From NCBI RefSeq assembly GCF_964204865.1, contig NC_135263.1:8928001-8992000 (forward strand): a DNA stretch of 64,000 nt, given 5' to 3'. How positions within the stretch are numbered: position 1 is the stretch's first letter; each line of letters starts with the position of its first letter. A program made the position numbers and the translations under genes. The notes below the pieces were generated by a model that worked only from the letters and a program-made list of their open reading frames with translations, made no database searches and was not told where the DNA came from. Shown one piece after another: positions 13,010 through 27,113 of the stretch. Origin of the DNA: Styela clava (lineage: Eukaryota).

Positions 13010-13337
13010 CGCGTGCGACAGATAATTAAGCGTCGGGCCACATGTGGCCGGTGGGCCTGGGTTTGGACCAATTGTATGATTTGAATAAATATCGTAAATT
13101 AATGATGAAACATTTACTCCAGGTACAATTACATGATCAAATTGAAATACAGCATTTTTGTGGCGATTTCATGAAAAGTTCGCCCAAAGAACAGAGCTTA
13201 TTGGCAACGCTGGAATTTTCTTGTATGTATGTGTGCATATTCAGTATTCATTCGTTTTTGTCCTTACCGACCAGTCGATCGCGGGCTATTTTGAGGATTT
13301 TAGTCGATCGCGGTCGAAAGCAGGTTGGCCACCCCTG
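13010..13337. mobile_element. Two orphan hAT-type termini
   Basis: CGGGCCACATGTGGCCGGTGGGCCTGGGTTTGGAC (~13035-13070) and GTCGATCGCG repeats ending in AGGTTGGCCACCCCTG (13337). Both resemble Charlie-like ends. Confidence 0.5.
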
Positions 13338-16300
13338 ACCTATAACATCATTATCAATCACAATATCATGATTCATGAGTGGATCCCGCAATGTGTTTCA
13401 CCTCCCTATTATACTACTCTATTCCGACGGTTCACGCATAAATAATGAACGTTGAACTGTTCTATCAATACGTCACGGAAACGGCGAGACAACTTATGTA
13501 TAATTTAGTCGAGCTGGTTATGTCTGGAGATCGTACTATGTGATCAAAAAGTGCACGGAAATGATGTCTGTTGTCTGCAATTTGCCGTTGGAACTTTCCA
13601 TGTTATTTAAATATAAATTATTACGTATCAATTTGAAAAATAGTCGTTTACTATAAACTTTTTAAAACTTCCCCTAAATATTGATCTTGATAGTTTACGT
13701 TGTTGAAATCGCCTGTTGAGTTATGTTTGACTTGTATTATCACAGGATGTATCATTCAAAATATATATATATATATAAATCCACCTGCCATAAAATTTTA
13801 CATTGCGATTCTAAGTTTAATAAGAGAACACCGGATAAGTAAAGGAATTTTGTTATTGAAATTCGCTTTATGGGTTGTATGTATTTTACATTTAATGTTG
13901 AACAACATTCAGTAACTATATTTGCTGAAATTGTCCCAAGTGCTGAAGTTTCGTTCGAAAGTACTTGATATTTTGTAATATATTTTATGCGCTCACAAAG
14001 TCGTTTAATTTCGAAACGCTCACGCTCCACGGTCATGTTTTTGAAAGTTGAATTCCCAAATTGAATCAAGAATCAATTAAGACTTTTCATTTAATGCTTT
14101 GGGAGTTCCCATTTTAAAATGTCGCTCAGAATTTACCATTAAACTTTGCATTTTCTTGTATCTCATATCGCTTTGCTAAACATGAATAAAAATGGACCAT
14201 ACTTTCTAAGAGTTTTCATTCTATGGATCATGAATGCTTTATCATAATTGCTTTCTGTCTATATCGACTATTCGAATATTATGCAGCATGATGATAAAAC
14301 ATTTATCAGATTTTTTTTTGTGGCAGGTCGTGCTCTGACTATTTGCCAGATTCAAGCTACAGTCGGATTGTGTCTCGTTTTCAAATTACACTCTTTCGTT
14401 AGTGTTTTATGATATGTCTGCAGAAAGCTTGCAGTCATAAACAGGAAATGTTATCATAGTTCAAGCGTGATGTATTGCTACTAAAATAGTATTTGTCGCT
14501 AAAATAATCTTTCTGAAGTATTTTTTCCCTCCAAATAATCGAACCTTACCGTTTTAAAACCGACATTCTCCAAGGTATATGCATTATTCAGTAGGCTTTA
14601 TAATCGGAAGTGGTTAGTATATTTTGTAATATCTATATCTTGCAAAAATAAGTCTTGTATAATCATTTCTATTATATAATTGGTTATTATGAGATGGCTT
14701 AAGCCTAAGTTATAATCAACTTATTTGCCATATATATGTTATTTCCAACCTGAGCAGGCTACGTTTTATAATATAAACAACATGACTACATCTTGTTGAT
14801 CATTCTTTACTGATCGGTAAAAATCCTTATCATACTTCCCTTAGTAATTCGGTGCGGATTTATGAAAGCATTTTTGGTTAGTGAGTAATTTCTGAACGCT
14901 ATCTTACGTAACCAGTACGATTTGATATCTTGAGAAGGAAGGCTTCAATATCACGAGATTTCTTAGCATCGCACACTATGTGACGTTATTTCCTGCTCGT
15001 GAAAGTACTGTTTTGTAATGGCATTTTACTGGCCCACTTGCTATAATTAATGTGAAGTAAGCTATATAATATCTTGACCTTATTTGGCATAGAAGGTTAA
15101 ACCAGTTTTCAATTAGCATGAGTGCTCCTGGTTCCAATGTAACAACACCAAGCTTATACAGAACCATCTTTGAGGTACAATCGGGGTATTGGTAAGGCCG
15201 TTGGTCGCCAATGAGAACAGACTCTTTTATTAACAATATCGATTCCCTTAAAGTTTTTATATTAGTAATTAAATGAAACTTATATTATCATAATAATAAT
15301 TGGGTTGACCGAAATTTTAACGACCTCCTCGAGGAGAAATGACCCAGTGGCAATAGAAAAACTTAAATTCTGTCCCCGTTCTAAGTTAGTTGAAGTGAAA
15401 TACCGAGTTAACAAAATCCTCGCTTCCTTTCGAGCGTATGGACTCGTGCAGCTTATTGTTAACATAGGCAGTGAATTTACGTTCGTTCACGTACTCATAT
15501 TGTTGCGATCCATCAACTGATGTGGCCAATGACTCATGCTGTCCGTTCTTTCACCTTATATAGTCGATCCCAGTCGGAATTGTAACAGCCAAGCTCGTGC
15601 CTTATACGGGAAAGCCTTGACTGTTAAAAATAATATATTCCTTCAGTTGTGTGAGATTTTGCTCAACACATACGGAAAGTTTAAAATGTATTATTCATTT
15701 GGTTTCCATGCCATGCCGCTGGTATTTATTGTAGTCAAATTCGTGGAAAGCTATCCTCAAGTTTTAGTTGCAATGTAGCTAATGCACTAAAAATGAGTTG
15801 TAGCCAATTTTAAAAAAATGTACACCAAATGTATCACATGTTTTTCAAATCAAACTGCTTCGAAAAATTCAACTAATTCACCGTGTCATTACGAAATTGC
15901 CACCACCTAATGTTTTTTTTTTACCCAAACCCCCGTTGCCAGATATTTTTATGTTTATCACCACATATACTGACGCTCGAAGCATACGGTGATCAGAAAC
16001 AAGAAAGGCCTCGGGCGTGGTTCGCACGAGGATCGCGCTTGACATACGCCGATTAGAATCAGATTTCTGAAGTCACCTGCAAAATGGGGGAACTTTTACC
16101 ATTGTAACATAATTGAATTAGTCAATGAATTATTCATTTTTGGTGTCTACTGATATTTCTCTTTGTCGTATAAGAAGTCCTTTTTCGGAAAATACCACAG
16201 CATTTATTTGTGACGCTCCAAGGATACGATTCTTAGAGGCTAGTTTTCTTCCACGTACTGTAAAGTAGAATGATAGTCTGAGTAATCTCGAAAAAACTAT

Positions 16301-19300
16301 AATTTGTTGCCATGGGATATATTACTAAATGCGTCTGGTACATACATAAAAACGCTTATTATAATCACGATTGCAAGTATATTGCAAATTTTACTATTTT
16401 GACCGCTCAATTTATTTTAGTTCTGGTCAATGTTACAGGTAATATATATTAATTTCAACACTAAATAACCTCAAATTCGATAACAACGACTCTAATTTGA
16501 GAAATCAATTTCAATTTACATACATTTGGAAATATCATCATTTTTGCGGGTGTGATTTGCTATCATACCGAAAAGATTCCCTGAAACATACTAGGCTAGA
16601 AATAGCACGGAAAATTCAAGAATTCAAAAATCATAGCAAAACGCTTCACCAACCCTAATTGCTTCAAAGTAATGAGAGAATCTAAGATGAAATCATGAGA
16701 CGAAATGCCCAAAAAATTTGGTAGTAAAGAGTAAGACTCGTGATATATGCGGTGCCTTATGTGTAGCCTCAATAAGGTTATGTAGTGTATTTTAAACATA
16801 TGAACAAATTCTTTGCTGCTATTCATGTTATATTTATTTGTTTTAATAAGTGCTTAAATTTTAGATATGGTATATTAAGCAACTGTAGTCATGCTATTAG
16901 CGTATTAGCACTATTTCGACAATTCATTTATGGCATAATAAAGTCCTGAAATTATATACAAGAGACTGCATAAACGCGATCGAATCGAGCTATTTTAAGC
17001 GACGTTGAATATGCATTCCCGTCATTCGAGACTCTGTATATCTATCAGACGGTTCACTGTGGCTGAATGTATCGGGCCGACTTGCTTCAGGCTAAGAAAT
17101 AACAAAATTAGATGACAGATTATGGTGGATTGAGCGATTGAAATGCGCACCATGCGCACTTCATTATGTATATAAGTGGTTGATGACTGTTATCGGGCAG
17201 ACGAACTTACTAGCTTTTTAGCCCAGTAGACAGAAATGAATCGATATCTCTACAATAAAGCTATATACTCCTGTTCTAAAACTGCCGAGAAAACGTTTTT
17301 CCAAATACTTACTTGGTAACGAACGGACAAAGTCCCTTGCCTTTTTCCAAAGGTTGTCAGCCCCATGTTTGGTAAGAGAGGAACGTAATACAGCATTATC
17401 AGATTACGATCGTCTGTATTTGAAAATGAAAACATGCCTTGGTCATGCAGCCCGATTGGTATATTCTATTATCAATGCCATAGATGGCAAATGTTTTTAC
17501 ATTTCGTACCGTAAACGTCTGCATTTCAAAATGGGAGTATATTTGAAAACTTAAATTCCAGATATAGCTGCGGCTTAGTCGGCGTGATCAATTGGTATGG
17601 AGGTTTCTCGATTGCCAGTCAACAAGCTTGCTTCAAAATGAAAATGTCGCTTATTAACAGTCAACTTGCAAGCTCTAGCCTATAAGCTACCCAAAATTCA
17701 TAATGTCGACAATAATTAGACTTTATTAAGAAGAAATGAAAAAAATTTCTGTTAATATCGAGAGAAAGATATTTATGATCAGCAAGGCCTTTATTTCACG
17801 AAGGATTTGAAGCGTGCATATTAGGTTTTCCATTCTGTAGGAGACATCTTTCAGTAGACTGAGTCATGCCGGACGCGTTGACGGGAAGTAGGTTTGTTTA
17901 GTGTTCTGCGTTCAGTTCATACCATAGCGATTTGCCAGCCAGGAATATAGAGATATATATTGAATCTAAAAATAATTTCCTTTCAGTATTTGGGATGTAG
18001 GTGGGTGGTGGGAAATTGAGAGTTCAATGAGGTGTTTAGGTTGCATCAGTCCGTGTGCGCAGTAACGTCGTTATAGGTAATGAAATAAAGTATCTTCGAA
18101 GATTGGGATTGCGATCCGTTCCATATAACACTATTTGTGAATGTATTCACTTATCGGACTGCGATAGTTATTTTGCTGAAAAGTTATGAGTCAGAATGTT
18201 CGTCAGCAAGATATTTGTATATGCTGGACTATAAGTGTGTTATTTAGTCGCATCTTTGGTTCATCCTTGATCCTATATCGAGATGATATTGTTTCCTATT
18301 CATGGCTATCTTTATAACGTCGTCAATTGATAGAGTCACGCAGCGCAGGGGATAGGGATGTTTGGATGCGCTCTCGTTGGGCGTTTCCTGTCTTCGCTAC
18401 AGCTAAAAGCCAGCAGCACGCGAGACTGATGACTTCCTCGAGTAGCAGAGATGCCAGATAAATTTCCTCAGTCTTGCCAACGCTCTCAGCATCTGGCGTT
18501 GCTTTTAACTTTGAAACGTGATTTTGACAATATTAGACGCGCATTATCGTGTTTACTTTTAGAAAGCTCGATTTTGTTTGTACATACATGTCATTTAGTT
18601 TACTTACTAATGTAATACACATTTCACACGAAAAACTGTGAATTTCACCCATTTAGTTCGCGCGATGTTTTTGGAGGGAGGTGTAGCAATAATACTTCTA
18701 ATCAACCTCAATCAGATAATATTTTTTATAGGCAGGAAGTATAGTTTTTTATGCGTTGTGATAACGTATGTAGAACTTTCTACTGGGACGCCAGCCTTAA
18801 AGAATATAACCATAGATTTAAAGTTAGTAACAAACTTCTACTTCTAAACTATCAATCTTTTAGTCGTTATAATGATAACTTAGTTATACTTTTTTTCGGC
18901 AGCACGATTCGCAGACACGAAACTCGTAATATTCCAATTGATTTGGAAAATTGTTTTCCCGGAATCAATTAGTTTCACAATTTCGGTCCAAAAGATCGTG
19001 ATGACATCAATGACAGCCGCACTAACTAAGAAATTTTATATCAATTATTGTCAGTTAGGAATGGAATATCATTAGTACGCTATCGTTACGTGTTATATTT
19101 TTTTTTATCAAGTTCCATACTTGGTCGGGGCTGTCATAATTATATTTAGTAATTCTAATACAGTAATCGGAATCCCGTCTATGTGATTTTTCGTTTTGAA
19201 TACAATACATATTTTTATCTTGTTACTTTTATTATGATAGGACGTATTTTAAAATATCACCGGAACCTCTTCCCTAGCCAGGCATAAGCGTGAAAATGTG

Positions 19301-20876
19301 CGATTTGTCGATCACATTTAATCACGAATTTTAAAAATGATATTTAACTGCTAATCAATAAGTTAATTAAATACCTTCGATATAACTGTTAAGCTATCTA
19401 CCGAACAGGCATCATTTGTAAAGAGCGCATTTGATATTTTGGCGGTTTGGTATAATTCAGTATTCAGGGTATATTAGGTGAATATTTTTTTAATAAAGGT
19501 ATTAGCATTCGTAGTTTTGCATTTCAGTTTCCAATTATACACAGCTGGTTTGCGCAACAGTAAATAGGAATCGCATTGGGCTGGCTCATTTGATCTTTCA
19601 AAACTGTTCCAGGCTTGAATTAGATAAATAGATAAACACGTTCATGTGCACAAAATTTTTTGCTGTTTCTTCAGTTCATAATCGTAAAAATGCAGTTCGG
19701 ATTATAATATTTTGCGTATCGGTTTTTATACAAATAGTTCATCGGTTTTACTGTATATGCGATGAGATAATTTTTGCAGACTTCTCTTGTGAAATAACCC
19801 TATAACATAGATCCATGGTAGGGGTAAATTTTGAAACATAAGAGCTACTTCATGGGTACTTAGACATACGAAAAGCTGTCTGTTACGCCGATAAATCGAC
19901 CGTTGAAGTTGAGTTACAATTCAAAATTAATATCAACCCTCTGAAGTATTTTTATTTTCATAAAACTATGCCACTAAAAAATAATGAGCAGAAAAAATTC
20001 AACCTAATGTGTAGCTATTCTCTGAGTGAATGTGTACCAGTTGTCCTCCGGCCGACTTCGTTTACTTGAATACCGTGTTGATGACTCAGTTTTCGCAATT
20101 GATCTGTTTCAAGTAACTTTTAGTAACAGTTGAAATTAGCCCATCCATGGAAAAAATTCACTGCAATAATAATAATAAGCCAACACTCAATAGACGTTTT
20201 GAATACAACAATATTGGCTTGGCCATTCGGCACGGGAATCGGTGAAAATATTAGCTTCAGACGTAAATGAACCACGCCCGAATTCTTCATATAAATAAGT
20301 TAGCTGTTTCGGACTGGTTTAGAGCGCCAGTAGCATTCGTGGTCGTCTATATGCAATTTGTTTGATTTATGAAGTCGATTTCCTGTTGCTGAGAGGCGAC
20401 AATAGATTGCGCTTTGTGAAATCGCCATGTTCAGCTTTAGAATTTAGAATAAGCAAACGTTTTATTCAACGTGTTCCTCACATCGCTTTGCATAGAAGTC
20501 GCCGGCTTGTGACTGATGCATATTGATTCATGAAAAGAATTACGTCACACCACACTTCCGTTGTCATAGATATACACTGCTAAAACTGACGCCTGTTCGA
20601 GCTCAGTTCTGACTGGAGCGCATGGAATGGTCGTTTCAGAAACAACAAAAAAATTCCAAATTTTCATCAGACAAAGGGCTTGATTTATAATTCACGGTCC
20701 GACTGCAAATTGAGGATTCATTGCTCTGGAATAAATATTTTTTTAAAATACTAAACATATTATATAAAGTGAATAATGTTGGTATTCATAAACTCATTCT
20801 GTCCTGAAGCGAAAATCATCAATTTTATCTTTGCCTTTCAATTATGAACAGTATACATTTGATTACATTGATATGG

Positions 20877-21032
20877 CGGTTCCATTACATTTGAACCCAT
20901 GACAATTGCACCTATGGGATTTTTTTGTTTTCCGGATATTTGAACCCATACTAAAACTAACCCATGGGTTTTAGCATCCGCATATAGATTGAACCAGCGG
21001 ATATACACATGGGTTCAGATGTACGGTCACCG
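20877..21032. mobile_element. MITE family A, copy 1 (TIR CGGT..TACATTTGAACCCA)
   Basis: Inverted ends CGGTTCCATTACATTTGAACCCATG / CATGGGTTCAGATGTACGGTCACCG, TSD ATATGG. Homologous to 26858-27063 and 40608-40812. Confidence 0.88.
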
Positions 21033-21783
21033 ATATGGCGTATCAGCCGCGCCTTATGTATCTAACCAAATTCATATTAAACTGCTAAATTGGGATTTTA
21101 TAAAAAAAGTTTCTGTAAACCTGTAGAATTCAGTCTGTCCTGGCACAATTAGATTGTTTACAACAACATGAAACCAATAATTATTAGTGGCAATCTGAGC
21201 AATGAGGCTTCAGATTACATCTTTGCCACATTCGCATCAAAACATATCGGGCTGGTTTCGGTCGTTGCTCCCTTTTCACAAAACGGATGTAAAAATGGTT
21301 GTTAGTCACGGACTAACCTCGGAGGGGATTAATAGTATATTATGCAACGTAGATTAGAAAAATACGTCGTGGTAGAAAGTCAACGTGTTTCGAGATGGCA
21401 TATTCCCCAATATTTCAGTGCACTGATAATGTTGATTTCGCGGCAGAGAAAGGAAATTATTAAAATATAGATATATATAGCACGGTTAAACAGCTAAGTT
21501 TAGTTCTTAACATGACAATAATCTAAACAGTCAATCTAGCCTATATAAAATTGCTATTTTGCTTTCTTGTTCTTCTGGCAAAGTTGCGACTCGCACTAAG
21601 TAGACTAGATTCAAAGTGCGAGTATGCACAACCACGGGGTTCTAGTTCCATATAGCAGAGGTTGCACCGATCCCCGTCCTAACCAATGTACGGGGTTTCA
21701 ATAAAGTGCTATATATTTCAGACCTTCGTATTGGATTATTTATAAGATAATATAACGCTTCCCCAATCAACAACTCTAGCACA

Positions 21784-22630
21784 ATGGCGACAGAACAAAA
21801 GATCGACCTTGCTCAGGTGAAGGAATTCAAGAAAGAAACGTTAAACCATGCAGATACGCAGAAAAAAGAAGTAGAACCGCAAGCACGTAAGTAATATTTT
21901 AAAATTACCAATTTGAAGCTCAATGCCAACCTTTTTGAAGTCCCATAGAATCCTAATCCCGAAATGTCTATCTTCCGATCAAGCAAAAATACGTTTTGGT
22001 TGTTGGAGGCAGTTGTTATGCTGCCCATTTTTGAAGCTTTTTTGTTTTGTTTTCCATTACTGCATTAGGTAGCTTTATAAAAAGCTATGTTGACTCTGTT
22101 ACCATTTATAAAATTGTTAAATGCAACTACCATTCGCGAGACAAAATTTCAGTACTTGGATGCTTTGACACTAAATATTTGTTCCCACACTTTTCAGAGT
22201 ATGCCCGAGAACAAAATTTGAAGGACATTACAAAGTTTAATAAATCGGACAAATTGAAATCCGTACAGACCGTTGAAAAAAACCGCCTACCCACGAAAGA
22301 CGGTAAGATGATATTATCAGAACGCTCATTATTTCAATAATAGATATATATTTAGCTTGTAATGCCATCATATTTACATGTCGAGTCTTTTATTTCCTAA
22401 AGTGAATTATATCTTCGTATGATAAATCGTGACATCAACAAGCTTTCAAAAAAACTATATTTCGATTAATTTCTGGTACATTTGTTGCCAGACTAACAAT
22501 GCTATCTTGTTTTTATTTAGTATATTCACTGTTGAGTAAGTTTATCTTTACTAAATTTTTGAAAACTTAACTGAACATTTTTTTTTCTTGTTTTTCAGAT
22601 ATCGACAGCGAAAAAAAGAGTTCGTTTTAA
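21784..22630 (+). CDS. Two-repeat beta-thymosin (WH2) protein, 79 aa, 3 coding exons
   Basis: Exons 21784-21886, 22198-22302, 22599-22630 with GT-AG, phase-1 introns give MATEQKIDLAQVKEFKKETLNHADTQKKEVEPQAQYAREQNLKDITKFNKSDKLKSVQTVEKNRLPTKDDIDSEKKSSF. It has the F..(..)LKxxxT.EKN.LPT...I..EK beta-thymosin signature, with the intron at the usual LPTxx/I position. Confidence 0.88.
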
Positions 22631-24232
22631 AATTTTGGATATTGTTTTTCTTTCTTTCGCGATCGATACTCGACTGACATAGTATTTTCTTTTAACTTTT
22701 TGCAGCCGAAACGAAAAATTAACCGATCCAGCATATCATTTGGACAACTTCATGGGAATTCGCCGCTATGTTTTCATCATATTATTATCATGTTTTCTGA
22801 TTCTACTGCAGACGTATTTATTTCAAATGTCATTTAATGTTAAAGGGTATATATACTCAATCGCGTTTTGCGCTTAATTAACTAGTCCGCTTTTCTTTGT
22901 CACAAAATTCATTGTAGTTACGTAATTTGGTTTAGGTATATTTACAACATAGTTTCATAAATTTGGGCTACGTTTAGTCTCTTACTGGGATTTACTGACT
23001 TATTTTTTCAAGCATCATTGTGGGGGAACAAATTCTGTTACCCCTTCAATTGTTTGTTTTAACAGCCCCTCGAACTGGCATAGAGATTGGTAAAATATAA
23101 TATTTTTTTTTTGGTCAAATCGTGGAGGGTTGTTGTACATTTGTTTGAATTGCGGCTGTTTTCTTGTATTCAACTGCCACTATTCAGAAATATAAAGATT
23201 TTTCTCTCAGCGTTTTGCTTGTTCTGTTGTTTTCCAGTACTGAGAAGTTACATGGTGAAGCAGTCAGACATTAAATTTATACTCGCGAACTGCGCGGGGC
23301 TATTCTATCTACCGAAGGAATTTAATCGAACCTCGACGTCGATACGCCAAATTGTAGTATCTCAGAGTTTCCGTTTAGCTCGCGTGTATCTTGATCAATG
23401 TCAATTTTACGATGTAACAACCCGTAATAAACTTTTCTCACACCCTGTGATCTGAGAATCCCAGAATACTGTAAGACATCTTACAGTTCATTTGTAGTTG
23501 ACGATGTCGAGGCTTGGCTGACAATGTCGACTTTCAACTCTATCTATAAAACCACCCATAAGCATTTATTTAATTAACGTTAGTTGTGCAGTATAGAAAA
23601 GGTCGTGGGCGAATCTTTAGGGCATTGCTAATTACTCTTCGATTTGATGCCAAAAGGTATAAAGGGCAGGTTAGTGCAAGGGAAGGTCGCAGGTCCCGAA
23701 TTGAAGAAGAATGTACCCGCTAATACGGCAATTCCATCCATCCGGTAGACGTGATAATGAAGTGTTTCCACGAGACTTTTCCCCGGTGTGTTGTTCACTC
23801 GTTTTTTTTTTTCAAAACGAGTGAGCTGTGATAGCAATAGATAGATCATCGAATTATCTCTTTGTTTTCTGAATGAGGCAAGTACAGAAAGATTGAAGAT
23901 TAATTTTGCTAGGATTATAAAATCACTTCCCTCCGGAACCAACGAAGCACCCTGCATGCATTGAAAATCCATTTTGACAACATATTTTGCTTCATCCGCA
24001 TGAACTGTAGGCCTACATCTCTTTCTGTTGCATTTAATTATTCAACAATTCCAAACAGGTCACCTCCAAATGAGCAGTGATTTTAATTTTCGAGATACAA
24101 TCAAGTTGGAACGCTTTTTACATGGTTTCACAACGCTTATGCATACATAAAGATTAATATTTAAAAGCTCTGAAATTGCCGCCGACGATCTTTTGCTCAT
24201 GCAACACCATTTCCGGCACTATATATTGAGAG

Positions 24233-24810
24233 TGTGACGACCCTTGTTTTATCGTTTAAATTAAATGATGTCATGTGATATTGTTTCCATATTTGGTATT
24301 TTGGCGTTGAAGACACTGGGGGCGCTGTGTGTCGGTTTGTCTTTTGGGTGTGGCTGTTAGCGTGTGATGTGGTTGGTATGGTACCGGTACAGTGTGGCTG
24401 GTTTTCGGTTTGATTCTGGTCATGAGTGTCTGTGTTAGTGCCTCTGGTCTCCGGTGGGTTATCAGGGATGTTTGTTTGTGGTTTTGTGACTGCGGGATGG
24501 GGATTTGTTGGATGTTATTATGCTACACAGTAGGCCGATACTATTGTTTCAGTACTGTGACATTGCAGTTATTTCAGCGTTGTAGTTTTGGTTGTTGTCA
24601 GGGAATTAGCTATCATCAGTACTCAGTACTGTTCAAAGTGTTTTTATTGTGTATATTCTGTTTTCTTGCATTGTGCTGCCTGGTACTTGTCGCTTTATTG
24701 TATGCTTGTCGTTTTGTTTGGAGTATTTGGTTGTGTTGAGATTGTTAAATAATAAATAAAATAGTATAAATTGAAGTGAATAATGAGAGGAAACTTGACG
24801 TCATATCATA
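24233..24810. repeat. Strongly G+T-skewed segment, possibly a solo LTR or other retroelement remnant
   Basis: Begins TGTGACG, contains CCATATTTGG (24287-24296), ~450 bp of G/T-biased sequence and an AATAAA cluster at ~24750. No clean CA end or TSD. Confidence 0.3.
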
Positions 24811-25188
24811 TTGGAGGATATTCGGAACTTGGATAATTATTACTTATCTATATGCCCGAGATGTGGTAGTGTGTGTTTGGGGATGAAAATTTAACTCCTG
24901 TTAATGAAATATGTTGACTCCTGCTCCGAGAAAATCAAGTTTTGATAATAGAAAACCCCATGAAAATTTAAGAGACTCGTGAGAACGCTTAAATTTAATG
25001 CTTTTGAGTTTCCGCCCAAATCTTTAACTTGTTTTATCACCACTGAAAGTGTGGAATTATGACTCAGACTAATTCAGAATTTCGATTCTGACGAGTTCGA
25101 AAATACAACTTTATCTTTCATTAGCAACTTCGCAAACTCGCCTTCACAGTTCTTATGTATGCAACACCACATTCCCCCTAGCTAGACG

Positions 25189-25289
25189 GGGATCAACTGA
25201 AGACCCCATGGGTACCCAACTGAAGAATCTCCAGAACTCGGCTTAGGTGGGTTGAGGGGGGGGGGGGGGGGAATTCTTCAGTTGATCCC
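25189..25289. mobile_element. 101-bp MITE with internal poly-G
   Basis: TIR GGGATCAACTGAAGA...TCTTCAGTTGATCCC, TSD TAGACG (25183-25188 / 25290-25295). Confidence 0.8.
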
Positions 25290-26516
25290 TAGACGGTGAC
25301 CATAAACAGCTATTATACACGTTGAACAATTCTAAATTTTAGCAACATTTGTATATTTTCCAAGCATACATTGTTTGCAACCTAACCTCATTTTGTATCA
25401 TTATTTTTAAAGTTCTCGCAGCAGATTTAATCGCTTCTCCTAATGCTTTATCGTTTGAAATTCAAAAAAATAGTTCAAAATTTTAAGCGCCGGCCGTGTT
25501 ATATGTCAGTATGTCACAGAAGATGTTAAAGCTAAAACTGATCATATACATATATATATCGATATACAATACTAATATAATGGTGTAATCACAAGGTGAT
25601 CGGCATTCTTATTTATGAAAGGTTCCAAATTGGAAAAAAGCGGCCGATGCTAGTCCATGAAGTCCATTCTTTCCCTGGTTACATGCTTCGAAATAGTTTT
25701 GTCTCGTTCATTTCGTTGGGCGGTATATGGAAACACAGACTTAATTACCTCATTTTTAACATCCATACACGAAATAGCAGCCGACAATGTTACAGGAAAA
25801 ATGACAATTTGATTTTGCTTTCGTTGTAGCGTTGCGTTAAAGTTGCAAGTTGAGTAAAATTTGGGACTAAGGTTACAGAAGTCACAAATGGAGGCAGTTC
25901 GAAGAAGCATTTAAATTTGTCACAAATTCCTGAAAGATTACCTATTACTGATAAAAATTTGTATTATGGAAAAATGAGTGCAAAACAAACATCTATGCTG
26001 AGTTTATGGGGTTTAACGTCACCTGCAGAGTCAAATGTCATGAATGTGGGGCCTTCAACCCAGTATGCATTCCTACTTTTCATTTCAGGAAATGTTTCCA
26101 AATTTAGGGGAGGTGCAATGTATTTCACTTAAACATCTGCACTGGCATATATACGCCACTTTCCGGATATTCAAATACGATTTTATCCAAGTTAGGGAGT
26201 AAAACGTTCTGTCAGACCTCAAAATTAGGAGGGGGTGGGCGTATGAAATATTAAGCGGGTGTAGGGAAATCCTTGCTTCGACCACCCATGTGATGACTAG
26301 TAGTAGGCTTATTGCGGTTGTCACGATTAATATTTCCATGCATTAATTCCATGGCGGAAGCGTTCGCCGGGATAAACTGCAACCTCATTGGTGAATAAAA
26401 ACGTATTGTGGGAATTTTTCAGTGCTGATGACTGATAATTTTTTACGGCGTATCTGCAATTTTTTTTTCCTTAGAACCGAAACGCAGAGAGAAAAAGTTT
26501 TCTTATTCTTGTACTA

Positions 26517-27113
26517 CCGCGTACCCCGAAAATGAGACAGGGTCTTATTTCAATTTTCTCCCGAAAAATAACACTGGGGCTTATTTTCTGGATGTCTTAT
26601 ATTCGGGATGTCTTATATTTTCAGTTATCAAGAACAAAATTACAAAGCAGAGAATTACGAGATTTTCAAATATACAAAATATGAAAACCAATATCTATAC
26701 ATATAATCAACACGCTTTTATTCAAAATAACTGCATAACATAATTATCAATCATTTAAAACGTGCAGGAGAGATTTCTTGCTATCGACTAAGTCGAAAAA
26801 ATAAAATTTGCGGTATTGACTAGGTCTTATTTTGGGGGGGAGGGCTTATGTTAAAATCGGTTCCATTACATTTGAACCCACGTACATTTGAACCCATGAC
26901 AATTGCACCTGTATGCTATTGCACCTATGGATTTTTTTTTTGTTTCACGGATAGTTAAACCCATACTGACCCTAACCCATGGGTTTTAGCACCCGCATAT
27001 AGGTTGAACCCGTGGATATACGCATGGGTTCAAATGTACATGGGTTCAAATGTACGGTCACCATTAAAATCATATTTAAAATCCATGCTAGGTCTTATTT
27101 TCAGGAAAACACG
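26517..27113. mobile_element. Tc1/mariner-pogo (Tigger-like) non-autonomous element, hosting a nested MITE
   Basis: TA|CCGCGTACCCCGAAAATGAGAC left end, GTCTTATTTTCAGGAAAACACG right end, repeated GGTCTTATTTT subterminal motifs. Confidence 0.7.
26858..27063. mobile_element. MITE family A, copy 2
   Basis: Same TIRs as 20877-21032, 7-bp TSD TTAAAAT (26851-26857 / 27064-27070), internal CCCTAACCC. Confidence 0.9.

Noticed and set aside
23590-24150. Somewhat coding-looking stretch including ORF 23628-23972
   Set aside because: No recognisable protein motif or consistent exon boundaries.
24392-24739. 115-aa Cys/Leu/Val-rich ORF; possible mitochondrial insertion or membrane protein
   Set aside because: The composition follows from the G+T skew. 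No recognisable motif or mitochondrial gene similarity.
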